In this document: positions 52,120 to 64,000 of the stretch, one piece after another
Layout: every line of letters starts with the position of its first letter
Position numbering within the stretch: the first letter of the stretch is position 1
Assembly (NCBI GenBank): GCA_002633005.1
Contig: NMRA01000060.1
Span: 165,472-229,471 of the forward strand
DNA: 64,000 bases
Reading direction: 5' to 3'
DNA from: Phoronis australis
Taxonomy: Eukaryota > Animalia > Phoronida
Program-made: the position numbers and the translations under genes
Notes under the pieces: model-generated
The model's database searches: none
Seen by the model: only the letters and a program-made list of their open reading frames with translations
What the model was told of the DNA's origin: nothing

Positions 52120-52404
52120 CTCCAGATTTTGTGAAACGTATCCCCTCCACGCAGGAGGTTCAAGCCGGCGAGGAGATCCGATTTCAGTGTACCATCGTCG
52201 GAATACCAGCGCCCTCTGTTCGCTGGTATCACGACGAGGAAGAAATCACCGACGACCCTCGTTATGAGTTTCCGTGCGACCTCAGCACGGGCACCTTCGC
52301 TTGTATTCTAGAAAGTGCAACCAAACACGACGAAGGCGCTTACAAGTGCAAAGCGACAAACAGCGAAGGGAGTAGCTCAACTACAGGATTTGTAACTGTT
52401 ATAA
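52120..52404 (+). CDS. Exon encoding an I-set immunoglobulin domain (titin/MLCK/palladin-type intracellular Ig)
   Basis: tttttacag|CT CCA ... GTT ATA A|gtgagt, 285 bp, phase 1-1. Encodes PDFVK...FQCTIVGIPAPSVRWYH...DEGAYKCKATNSEG. Confidence 0.92.
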
Positions 52405-52489
52405 GTGAGTTCCATTAATGAATTGCTAATTCTGTTGGAACAAAGTATCTAAATTCTCCACAGTTCGCGGAACACTTTCCACTGAACAA

Positions 52490-52757
52490 CGGAACTCTTA
52501 CCACGGGAGAACCATTATCACCCTCCAAAAAACACTCACCATGCACCAGAAGAACACTCACCACGCACCAGCAGAACTCTTACCACGAAGAAAATGTCCC
52601 TTACTACGGACGTTAAGCCACAGGCGCAAACGACACACTTTCTATGCACAATATCGTTATTATTGGGTGGTAATTGTTATGGCAGAGCGTGGTGCTCCCA
52701 CTCGTGGTAAGGTTTCAGCTCCGTGGTAAGTGCTAGCGACTCATGGTAAGGGTTTAA
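52490..52757. repeat. Small foldback/MITE-like array
   Basis: CTTACCACG units at ~52497, 52578 and 52600 face inverted (CG)TGGTAAG units at ~52703, 52722 and 52743. Confidence 0.5.
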
Positions 52758-53906
52758 TAGCCACCTCTGTAAGCATGCCAAGGCCCACATTAAATAGGAC
52801 CCTAAATGTTCAAAACTGCAAAAAAGGAATGTACATGTAGTGTATTAGTCCTTCCAACATCTTCTCATAGAACGACGGTTCTTGCACGTGACAGCGGTAC
52901 CATCTTACATGAGTTGCCTCCATGTGATGAAACGTGAACGGTTCAGTGGCTGGACTCATAAATACCCTGGCTGATAAACACTATGATAAACACTATGACC
53001 CGACCTATCGTGACCTAGCTGATTTACCGTATTTCCGGCCACTGACCGAGCCTAAACCCAGTGGTTGTAACAATGGGAAAGCAGTTCATTTCAGTTTACA
53101 AAATTTTGTCAATCAGTGTGGTGACGTTGTGTATGCAGGGCTGCGTTCAGGGGACACTTGCTCAGCACTTGCGGCGAGAAATCGGTACGGCTCTCATTGG
53201 GTTTGACCTGACAGTGCGGCAGACATCACTGGGCTTGCCGCTTTTCTTCCACACTGTTGAAAACTCTATGAACAATATGAAATGTTGTGAGTCATTTCAT
53301 CTCGAAAGCAGTACACATGACCAAAGCAACTTCATTCTGTCTCATATTTTTTGCCCTTTCACTTCCACCGACAATGGAAGCAATGTTCTGGAAAACGATG
53401 GCAAAATAGACAGTTTTCATCACAAAACCGCCACTTCACTTCCAATACTCGACGATCGAGTCAACATCAGATTTTGAAAGAAAATTCCACAAAAGTGTGG
53501 TCCAAAATTGCTGCCATCCAAGCATAATGTTTGCGAGTTGTTAGAGGGCTACCTGAAATCGCAGCTGATAACCCATGGCGGGGCTAAGACAAGTTGAACA
53601 TCAACAGCCTAGTTAAGAGATGTCGCTGGAAACAATGCATTGTTGTTATTTAGAAGCTAAGCCAGTTAGTTGCAATGGAAATGCAACAATTTTTCGGAAA
53701 GTAGGTGGAATACTTTGCAGTTGTCTTTCATTTCCTTTCCAATCAGGACAGTGGTGCCGCTATTTGTTGCCCTTATTTATTTTCACAATGAAACCTTTTA
53801 CGCAACAAACTGTGAGGTCAGATGATGTGTCATTTAGTGTAATCTGACCACAGTTGCTTTTGTTGGTTTTGTATACGCATATTTAAACGTCTCTTCTCTC
53901 TTCAAG

Positions 53907-56900
53907 GTGACCATAAGCGGTCTAAGAGCCCTCGGCGTGCGCCCAAACGCGGGGTGTCGTACCCAACGCCCTTTAATACGATTTCGGAAGTCACCAGCGA
54001 CGGCGAAAAGGAAGAGGATCATCAACTACAAATTCGGACACAGAACTATTACAACAACTTGTTGGCAAAGGAGAGAGAGTCTAACTCACCAGGGTCACCA
54101 CCTTCCTCTTCCGGTGACATTTTCGATTTGGATAAGGACAGCAAGAAGCTTAACGCAACAGAACCCTCTGAAGACGTCCGACAGAGGCTTTCTCCTTCAA
54201 GCGACTATGACGTCAAAAACCAAGGATTTATGGGTATGTCTAATGAGTCGTGTAGTCGTGAAAATGTTGTAAGTTTAGACAACAAAGACATTCAACAAGC
54301 CCTTGATTATGATGCCGACAGTGAGGTCGAAGGACGGCCCCCAAGAAAGAAACTTCACCTGAACGGCAACCATGATAGTTCATTGCATTCGTCATCAGTA
54401 TTTCTGACAAAAGATCAGACAAGTGTAAACCCTACAGACATGTCAGAAACAGAAAGTAGCCATAAAAGCAAGAGGTTAGGTAAAAATGATAATGTCAACT
54501 TAGGCAATCAGAAAAATGAAAATATGGATGCTCAAAACAATCCCTCGATTGCAAATAAGAAATCCGATGGTTTTCAGTCCAAACTTTCAATGGATTTAAA
54601 GTCTATCGAAAAACAAACAGATATAGGGTCTCAGCTGGCAGGCAAATCGGCAATGAGCAGTCCAGTTCACATTTCTTCCGATGCCAGTGTTAAACTTACA
54701 CCTCTAGAATTGCAGTCAACTCACTCTTCCGAATCCGTCAATAGTTCTCACCTCAATGCACCGGACGTTTCGAACGCATGCGTAATTGTAGGTGATAGCG
54801 CAGACGACGTAGACAAGCATGGCATGAATGGTAGTTCTGACACGTTGAGTATTAGTAGTGGTACCTTAGAACATGTTAACAGGTATGAGGAGGGAAGCGA
54901 AGATCATTCGAAACGAAAACCTATTCCTTATTTAAAAGCTCGTGCGTTAATGGGAAAGGAAAATCGAATGAACTGGCAATCTGACGACTCAGCCAATGAA
55001 AATGGTTCGTCTATAAGCCAGGAATCTACCATGAGTCAGAAGTTTTGTAATACAGTGGAAACACTTGATATTATTGGGGATGGTAAGAACATGTCAAAAC
55101 CCCGTTTCGATATGCCCACAAACATAGATAAGGGTCCCAAACGTCTGCGTGAGCCTTTTGTTTTCAGGCACGAAAGTGGTAAAAACGGAAATAGTATGCT
55201 ATCGAAGCAGGGATTTTTAAACATCCAACCGCTTCCCGGTGTTGACTATAAGAAAGCAAAAAGTGTAAACGAAAAGGATGTTTCCTTAGTTTCGATTTCG
55301 CAGTTAAATAAAGCGAATGTAATTAACGCAAATAAGCAGGATTACAAATCCTCCAAAGATGAAATTGATAATTATGTACCGAGTGAGCCTGAAAGCGAAT
55401 CGAAAGAAACGTCAGCTCCGTTGAAGAGTGGTTTAGACGTTGTTGGTAAAAGACTGTCCCGTGAGCCACTGTCGTCATCTTTTGTTACTCCCCAAAGTGA
55501 CCACTTAGTTGGCAAAATTTGCGAGAAGCAGACGTCCAACGCACAACGTTTGCATCAGCTTCAGTCCTCTGTTGCACTCAAATCCAACAAAGAGGAGAAA
55601 CACGGTCATGATCACGAACCACAGCTGGATACTAAAACTAAATCCGAAGAAAAAACATTGCTTGGGAGTGTAAGAAATTCCTTAAAATCCAAGTTTGATA
55701 ATACACCGTCGGACCAGCCGCCGCCTGGTGTGGCCAAGGATGAGAAACGGGCCAAAGATAAGACACTTACAAACAACCTAAGGTCGAAATTTGAAAAACA
55801 ACAAAAAGACGAAGAGCCACTATTTTGCGTAACGTCTCACCAATCTCTGACAAAACCAAATGTCCAAACTGCCAAAGAACAGAGCACTGTTTCCCATGAC
55901 AAATCAAAAATAGAGGTGACGAATAAAGGTCGTGCGGTTCATCAGAAACCACAACTGGACTCCAAAAATTCGGATGACGATCCCGTTAATCTCATATCTA
56001 AATTCGAACAAAATATTCAAGGCAGAGGACTGTCCAGCAGCGTCAAGGAGGGAGTCTTGAGAAGCACCTCGGAACGACCATCTAAATTTCAAATGAAAGA
56101 CGATCACAGTTTTGTGGCAGGAGGTAAAGCAAAGGCATCTGACCTGATGTCCAAGTTCGAACAAAAGGACGACAAGGCCACAGGATTACGGACGAAGGAT
56201 GTAGGTGACAAATCAGCTGATGCTCAAGCTAAGCTTGACCTCAAATCCAAGAGCCACACGTCTGACTTAATGTCTAAATTTGAACAACCAAAATCACGTC
56301 CAAAATTACTTGACAATGCAGGAAGTCAATCGAGTAAATTAGTGCTTGACCAACAGACAACAATACAATCATCTAAAATAGAAGATACGACTAAGACACA
56401 ATCCCTAGGACAAAACTCTAAATTCGAACACAACACTCCAAAACAAAGTGTCGGCCAATCAGTATTTGAGAAACATAAAGCAGAGAAATGGGACAGCAAA
56501 ACAAAAGAACCCAGTTCAAGAACATTAGAGGCATTGCAAATTAAATCTCTTCCTTTGGAAACAAAAAACGAAACGTCAAAACCAAAATCCAACCTTGTCC
56601 AAACATCACCTGGAACAAAATTGAGTATTCAATCGAAACAAAATGAGGGTCAAGAAACGGATTTAAAGCCAGAAAAGGTGTCTCGGGATAAACCTCGCGC
56701 GTTTGATTTGATGTCTAAGTTTGAAACAAAAGATAAAAAGGCAGCCGAGCCGCTTTCAAACACTGAATCAAAACACAGCAAGGACACTCCGACAAGAAAA
56801 CCAGAATCTGATTCAAAGTCAAGAGCGACATCTCACGACAAATCACGTGCACTTGACTTGAAATCAAAGTTTGAAACACAAGGTGATCTGTCAAAAGATC

Positions 56901-59900
56901 AATTTCAACAAGCAAAACCAAGCGCGGGAACAAAGAACACCAAAGATTTGCCGACAAAAAAGCTAGAAATGGGTTCAAAATTAACGATTACATCGCAAGA
57001 TAAATCTCGCGCTTCTGATTTGAGATCTAAATTTGAAACGAAAGAAGAAAAGTTACAATCAGAATCGAAATTAAAACAGACATCAGCTGGCTCAGAGTTA
57101 AGTGCGGGGATAAAACATAAAGATGATTTCCAAGCAAGTTCAAAGTCTTCCTTGTCATTGCAAGATAAACCCCTTACGTCTGATCTGAGGTCCAAGTTTG
57201 AAACACAAGATGGAAAATCTAAATCCGGTACTGCATTGAAACCCAAAGAACAAGCGACTAAGAACCAGGAAACAGGTTCTAAAACAGAGAAGACACTGCA
57301 AGATAAATCACGTGCGTTTGACTTTAAATCAAGATTTGAACCGAATGATGACAACACCAAATTAAAATCAAAAATCGGGCCGACTCCAAGTGACACAAAA
57401 TCAAATATTGAACCAAAACACGACACGAAATTAATGGAAACAGATTCCAAGACATTAAAAGCATTGCACGATAAATCTCACGCGTCTGACCTGAGGTCAA
57501 AGTTTGAAGCAAGTGACAAACTGTCCAAAACACATTCTAAATTTGAACTGACAACCGACGAAACGAAGGCAAACGTTGTGTCAAAGGTCAACAACAAAGA
57601 CTTTATGGTTAAAAAACAAGAAACTGATTTATTAAAGTCCACACAGAAAATGCAAGATAAACCCCTTGCTTCGGACCTGAGGTCGAAGTTTGAAGCAAAA
57701 GACCAAAGATTTATATCAAAATCCGAAATGAAACACAAGGAGTCTTCGATTAACAAACAAGAGGTTTCAAATGCACCAATAACGTCGCGAGATGAATTAC
57801 GGGCCTCTGAACTAAGGTCAAAGTTTGAAACAAAGGATGAAAAAACCAAATCAAATAACAAATTCAGACAGACATCACTGGAAGCAAAGTCAACTCCTGA
57901 GCCGAAGTACGACAAGAGTTACCCAGAAGTGGGTTCAAGAACATCACTAACATTGCAATCTCACGCGTCTGACTTGAGGTCAAAGTTTGAAACATGCAAT
58001 AAGACATCCAAAACACATTCTAATCTTGATCATACAACAGTTGAAACAATGCCAAATATGAAAACAAAGCTCAACAAAGATTTTCCGAATAAAAAAGAAG
58101 AAACAGTGTCCAAGTCCTCAATGAAAACGCAAGACATGCCCCTTGCATCGGACCTGAGGTCTAAATATGAATCTAAAGGCGAAAAAGCACGATCAAGCTT
58201 TGAACTGAAACGCACGCAGCCTATGAGTAACAAGCAGGAAATCGGCTTAATGTCAGAAATAACACTTCAAGATAAAACACATTCATTTGGCTTAAAATCA
58301 AACGATGACAAGTCCAAATTAAAATCTAAATTTGGACAGCAACCATCAGAAATAACATCGAATAGAGAATCAAAGCACAATAAGGGTTTCCAGGAATCAG
58401 GTTCAAAGACGTCGAAAACATGCCAAGATAAACCTCGTGCGTCCGACTTGAGATCAAGATTTGAAATGAGCGATAACAAGTCCAAAACTCAATCTAAAGT
58501 TGAACAGACACAGGCTGAAACAAAGTCGAATGTTGAGTCAAATGTCAACAAAGATTTTCGAATTAAAAAACAAGAAACGGATTCAAAGACTTCCCTAAAA
58601 ACCCAAGATAAACTTCATGCATCTGACTTGAGGTCTAAGTTCGAAACAAAAGAAGACAAATCTAAATCAACTTCTGAATTGAAACATAAAGACAACATCA
58701 CGAAAAGTAAGGACACTGGTTCAAAGTCAACAAGAACCACAACAACAACGCAAGACAAACCAAACGCACTTAACTTGAGAGCAAAGTTTGAAGCAAAAGA
58801 TGAAAAGTCGGAAGCAGCACCTAAACTTGTACCGTTTGGAAAATCAAACATTGAATCAAAGCACGACAATGCCTTCCAACACAAGGATATGAGGACACCA
58901 GTGACGTCGCAAGAAGAAACACGCACGTCTGGCCTGAAAACAAAGTTGGGCGCAAATGATGAAACATCCAAACTGAAATCTAAATTTGAACAGACACGAC
59001 CCGAAATGAAATTAAGTACTGAATCCAAACATGAAAAAGATTTTACAAATAAAAAGTTGGATAAGGATCCAGTATCTGCAATCAAATCGCAAAATCAGTT
59101 ACATGCATCGGAAATGAGATCGAAGTTTGAAACAAAAGACGGAAAATCCAAATCTAAATTTGAAGAGATACAAGCTGAAACAAAGTCACCTATTGAGTCA
59201 GTGCACAACAAAGGTCTTAAGACGGTTACGACGTCCTTGGATAAATCCACTGCATCTGACTTGAGGTCAAAATTCGAAGCAAATGAGAAATCAAAGTTAA
59301 AGTCTAGATTTGAGCAGATACCTATTGAAGCAAAATCAGAGAATGAATCTAAACACAGAAAAGATCTTTCGGTCAAAAAAGTGGAAACGGCATTGAAGTC
59401 GGAAATGGCATCGCAAGATACATCAGATGCAATTGGATCGAGATCCAAGTTCGAACGCAGGTTTGAAAAGTCAAATATAACATCCAAATTCGAACATACA
59501 CCAGCTGAAACAAAAAGCGCCACTGGATCAAAAGTCAACCCAGAATTTCCTATCAAAAATCCGGAAGCCAAATCAGTACTGACTTCGTTAGATACAAATA
59601 AGAAGGCACAATCGGAGCTGTTTTCAATGTTTGAACAGAAACAGATATCTTCAAATGTGGTTCAACCTAAAAGTGAGAAAACTGCTAGTGAAGGAGGATC
59701 ATCTGTTCATTTGAAATCAAAATTCGAGCAAACGGCTTCCAAAAATTCCTCAACTGCGTCGATCTCGTTTGCAAAACAGCCTCAACCAGAAAAACATGGG
59801 AAACAATCATCAAATATCAGATCAACATTTGACCATCAGATTAGTGATGCCCTGTTGGACAAAAAGTCAACACTTAAACAAAACCCGAAAGATGTTAACC

Positions 59901-60874
59901 TTCTAACCGGCACCACTTCAAAAATTGAACTTGGGAAAACAGTGGGCACTAAACAAAGACCTACTCAAAGCAAAGCAGCAGGACCGCTATCAACGGATTC
60001 TGTTAAAGAAACCCCACCAAAAACACAACATACAGGCGAAAAAACACATGGAGATGACAAATCTATGAAGAAATCGCATGGCTCGAATGACAACAAACTT
60101 TCGGAACTAGAACGAGCTTTTCATAAGTTTGTCCCGGCTGATGTTATGTCTGACACAAAGAAAAATTCGGAGTCTGCGGAAACCAACGCTGTGCAAATAT
60201 CGACCCTTGCGTCGAAAGAGGATAGCACTGAGCCGGAAGAACCTCAGCTCTGTACTTCAGAAATCAAAGCCTTGTTCGAAACAAAGTTCAGCAAAAAGGA
60301 AACGTCACCAATAATAAGAACATCTACAACTCAGCAAAAGTCTGACGCGAAAGAAATGTTGTCACAAACTAAACCAACACAAAAGGAATCGAAAAGTGTT
60401 GAACTGCCAATTGCGAAACTGAAGTCAACATTTGTTGCTAAAACTTCAGAAAGTAAACCATCTGATAAGTCTGAAAACACAAAGCAAGGTGAAGTCGGGA
60501 AACTGAAAATGGATGCTTCGTTTAACGAAGTGCAATTTAAGTTCAAGGTCGACAAACAGGACCTGGCGGTGAAGCAAATCCCTACAGGTGGTGACGACAA
60601 TGTACAGTCAAAATTTCAATTGAAGCATTTAGGTTCAGTTTCGAAAGTAGAAGCCGAAAGTTCTAAGTCAAAGACTGGATTGAAAAAGACGGTGGGCAAC
60701 TTTTCTGTGCCGTCAAACGCGTCGGTTAAAGTAGAAGTCAATACAGGGCACCGCACCGTCGAGACTAAGAACGGAGACAATTCCAGAGGCTCCAATAAAA
60801 TATCAGTGCCCCACAGCCAACACAGCAGACCGACGCCTTTCAAAAATCGTTTTGCTATGTTTGAAAACAAGTAA
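53907..60874 (+). CDS. Giant coding exon (~2320 codons) encoding a Lys/Ser/Glu-rich, probably disordered region with ~30 xSDLxSKFE-type repeats
   Basis: Acceptor ctcttctctcttcaag|GT GAC is in frame (phase 1) with the upstream Ig exon and with the 2306-codon ORF, whose annotated start is a GTG rather than a true start. No stop until TAA at 60872-60874. Confidence 0.88.
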
Positions 60875-62015
60875 CCACGTAGGATTCGAAAGATTTTAAC
60901 CAACCGTTTCCGTGCATGTCATCTTCGTATTAGAAGTTTAGAAGAATCGCTTTGTCAATGCTAACTTGTCTCTTGAAATTTCTCAATGTGCCATAACGTG
61001 TGTGTGTGCTTCTGGTGTACATTTCCTTCTCGCTTTGTACCACGTGATGTTTTAATACTAGTAACGGCATGAGTTTCACTTTTCATAAATTTTCATTTAA
61101 CTTGATTGGTCGTTTCGCCTCTCGGTTATTTCATTGTACTTTTGCGTACAACTCTTTTTGGCGTCATTAGATATAGCTGACAGTGTGGTTATTTTACTAG
61201 ATCTTTAACAGTTCCTTTAAGTGTGCATTTGACTGCGTATTTCTGGACTGCAGTACAACATTACCTCAACTTCTTATTCCGTAGTCCGTATTCACTCACT
61301 GTTTCAGATTTTTGTTGCTCTTACGTCCCAACCCATTGACTGAATCTGGTACTACTGTTGACAATATTCCTTAAGAAGTTACCTTCTTTCAGCTTTTTTT
61401 CAATTCCTATCTGTCAGATATAAAACTTTCAAATTTTACTATTCGAGGTTTAATTTTCTTAGCACTGTCATGCATTGTAGTGTGACGTCATGTACGCCAA
61501 ACTTGTCAGCAGGCTTTTCTTATTGTTTCTCTGTGCTCCAGCATCTTTACATCTAAATGTTTGTCTGCTACTAGGTTCACATTAGACCATCAACCATTGT
61601 TAACTGTACTTATACAATGCAGTGTACTACATGTCGCCAAGTGGTTGCTAGGCTTGCAAACCTAAAATGGTGCTCTTGGTCATCTTTGATGACGTAGTTG
61701 CGCTCTTTGACTTCGCCTGTTGAATGTCATGGTCTTTCCTTTCATATAAGTGTAACGTGCGCCGGGTGAAAACCTGCGTCGTCTTTGTGTCTTATTGCGC
61801 ATGTGCCAATGCAAGTGCCTGTTTGTTCTTGTGAGGTGCAGACGACAGTAACTTCGGACTGGACCACTCACGCCACTGACTTTTTACACCATGTTTTGCA
61901 AATCGTTGCGTCTAACCCACTCGGCGACGTGTCGGTACAGCGACGCTCATTCTGTGGTCATCTGTGTCTGATCATGTTTCACAGTCCTAACTGCTTGCTC
62001 TTTTCTTGTTTGAAG

Positions 62016-62473
62016 GCTATATTACTACTAATGGCAGCGGAATGCTTCCCTACTGCCGGAAATCCCAAATGTTAGACGAGTCCTATCATAGCGGGAATAG
62101 TCAAATGTTAGACGGAATCAAATCCCGAGGTTGCGATGACTTGTTTACTCAATACAACGTGCGTCAAAACTTAGACAATTCTCACTACGACGACTTATGG
62201 ACGAGAAATTCTTATGACGAGGTTTTTGAAGAAGTGAGTTCAACCAGCAGTTCAAATGAAACATATCCTACACACTGGCAGTGGAGAAAGCCCTCTATGT
62301 ATTCCGTATCGCAGCTCGACCAAGGACTGTCTCCAATGGAAACGTTTATTTTAGGTGTTCCCGTGACAACTTTTGCAGCATTATATACCAATTTGCCTGC
62401 CGAACTGTTTGTTTTCTTTATGATCATCTTAACTTTACAACAATGTGTATTACATTCTTTAAACATTCTATAA
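62016..62473 (+). CDS. Probable alternative terminal exon with a C-terminal hydrophobic (tail-anchor-like) segment
   Basis: Branch point CCTAAC (61986), pyrimidine tract and tttgaag|GC TAT (phase 1, compatible with the 52404 donor). About 152 open codons ending FILGVPVTTFAALYTNLPAELFVFFMIILTLQQCVLHSLNIL*. Confidence 0.6.
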
Positions 62474-64000
62474 CCTATGTAACTACTGTAAAAATTATTT
62501 TGTCGTAAATGTGGGAAAGCTAGTTTGACTTTTGTGTGCCATTATATTTTTCCGTTGGTTTACAAGTGGTTGGATAATGCTGCACGAGAAGGCTGTTGGT
62601 CATTGTTACTGACAAGATTCCTGGACAAATTTACCGACATACGGAAAGATCGCGCGCTCTTACCAAGACTGCGATTGTTCTGTATGCGAATTTTGAGTGT
62701 ACGGAACCAATTTACTTTTGAACAATTCGAATGGTCGCAGCAAGGTCAACATGTTTTCGCCCCACACCAGTGGTTTACAACGGCTGGTGCGCCGATTTGT
62801 CGTTATCGGTAATACGTTACACCAGTCCATGAAAAGTTGTACTTAACTGACAATCTTTCGGCATTTCAATGGTCTTGTCACTCTCTGACGCAAAATGACT
62901 GTCACAAATGATGACGTCATGTCGACCAGAATTGTGTCGTGCACATTTGAATGGCACCAACTCAAATGATTCAGAACTGGCGTGTCCTTGTCACGAGAAT
63001 GAACAATGGCGAATATTCATTCTTCTTGTTTAAGCTGCCTCCCGTTCAGTAACGCTAGGACCTCGCTTAAAAGCAAGACTTCGCGAGATTACGTGAGATA
63101 TTGCCGTGCATTTTAAATGAGAACACGTGACTTTGACTAGATTTAGCTAGGTCCTAGCGTAGGTCCTAGCGTCTACTGAACGCACGCCTGGTTGCAGCAG
63201 GTTCTCTCGGATGCACACTCTGCCGGAAACTATGTATCCCTTGTAAATTTGTTTTCGCACTGCAGCGTCCTTGCAAAAATCGCTAATATTTTTCCACAGC
63301 AGTTCTTTTTATGCGAGATTCTTCGTTATTTTCAAACGCTCGGTATCTAATGTGTATATATAGTTTAACCTTGTATCGAAATGTTCTCGAATCACGGAGA
63401 TACTCATGTTTCTAATGTTGCGGGATACCAAGCTGTTAAAGAGGAGAATGCAAAACGTTGGAAACATTTTCAGTATCAGATTCTGGACAGCGGGTGATAT
63501 CATAAGTCATAGAAACTACAGTTGTTTTTATGTGATCTGGTGCAATTTATGTGCCTATAAAGTAGGTCTATAAAACGCGAACAGTGTAATGTTATTTCCT
63601 GTTGAATGTTAATGCATTGTAACGTACCCAGAGATGGAACGCGAATATTGGTGATGGCTCAGGTTTACAATGGCATAAAATTGCGTTAATTGCAAAACCA
63701 AGCCGTGCACGTCTGTAAGAGACGATCATCGTCTGGAAACGCTATTCCGTGAAATGGTAAAAATTTATATCGTTTCTGGCGTTCATCTCAAAATGTCAAT
63801 TTTCATCAGACCGAAAAACTGTGATTATTTGGATAGAGTGGAGTGTTTTAAGTGCTCGGTCTTGGGGATGAGTCAGATTTATCGGAAATTGTATCCCTTG
63901 TAAAGTTAGAAGATGTTGAATGAACGTCGGTAACTTTTCATATTTCACGCTTGACATCTATCTTGAATGACTCGCGTCTGCTTAATGCCGTCGGGTTATG

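Noticed and set aside
54240-60903. Many minus-strand ORFs opposite the giant exon
   Set aside because: They are antisense shadows of a long biased coding frame and show no independent domain signatures.

Overview
AT-rich animal genomic DNA with GT-AG introns, most likely a marine invertebrate; the species cannot be determined from the sequence. There are no prokaryotic features, and single Ns occur at 42057 and 43630. Host genes: (1) four phase-1 exons of a Tie1/Tie2-like receptor ectodomain (Ig, Ig, EGF, EGF) on the minus strand at about 1.6-9.4 kb; (2) an intact, intronless membrane-anchored gamma-glutamyltransferase on the minus strand (47839-49587); (3) part of a plus-strand muscle/cytoskeletal-type gene. 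In that third gene an I-set Ig exon (52120-52404) can splice in frame either to a ~7-kb exon encoding about 30 'ASDLRSKFE'-type motifs, or to a short terminal exon ending in a hydrophobic tail (62016-62473). The 10-47 kb interval is mostly decayed mobile DNA: Sola3-like TTAA DNA transposons (two ~6.4-kb sister copies and a 5-kb TIR/TTAA-bounded element), Harbinger-type MITEs and LINE fragments. The most unusual item is a decayed non-LTR retrotransposon fragment in which a HERO-type restriction-like endonuclease runs in frame into a full-length ubiquitin-specific protease (USP/C19) domain. Also notable are regularly spaced CTCF-like motifs carried inside repeats. All family assignments come from recognising motifs by eye, not from database searches.
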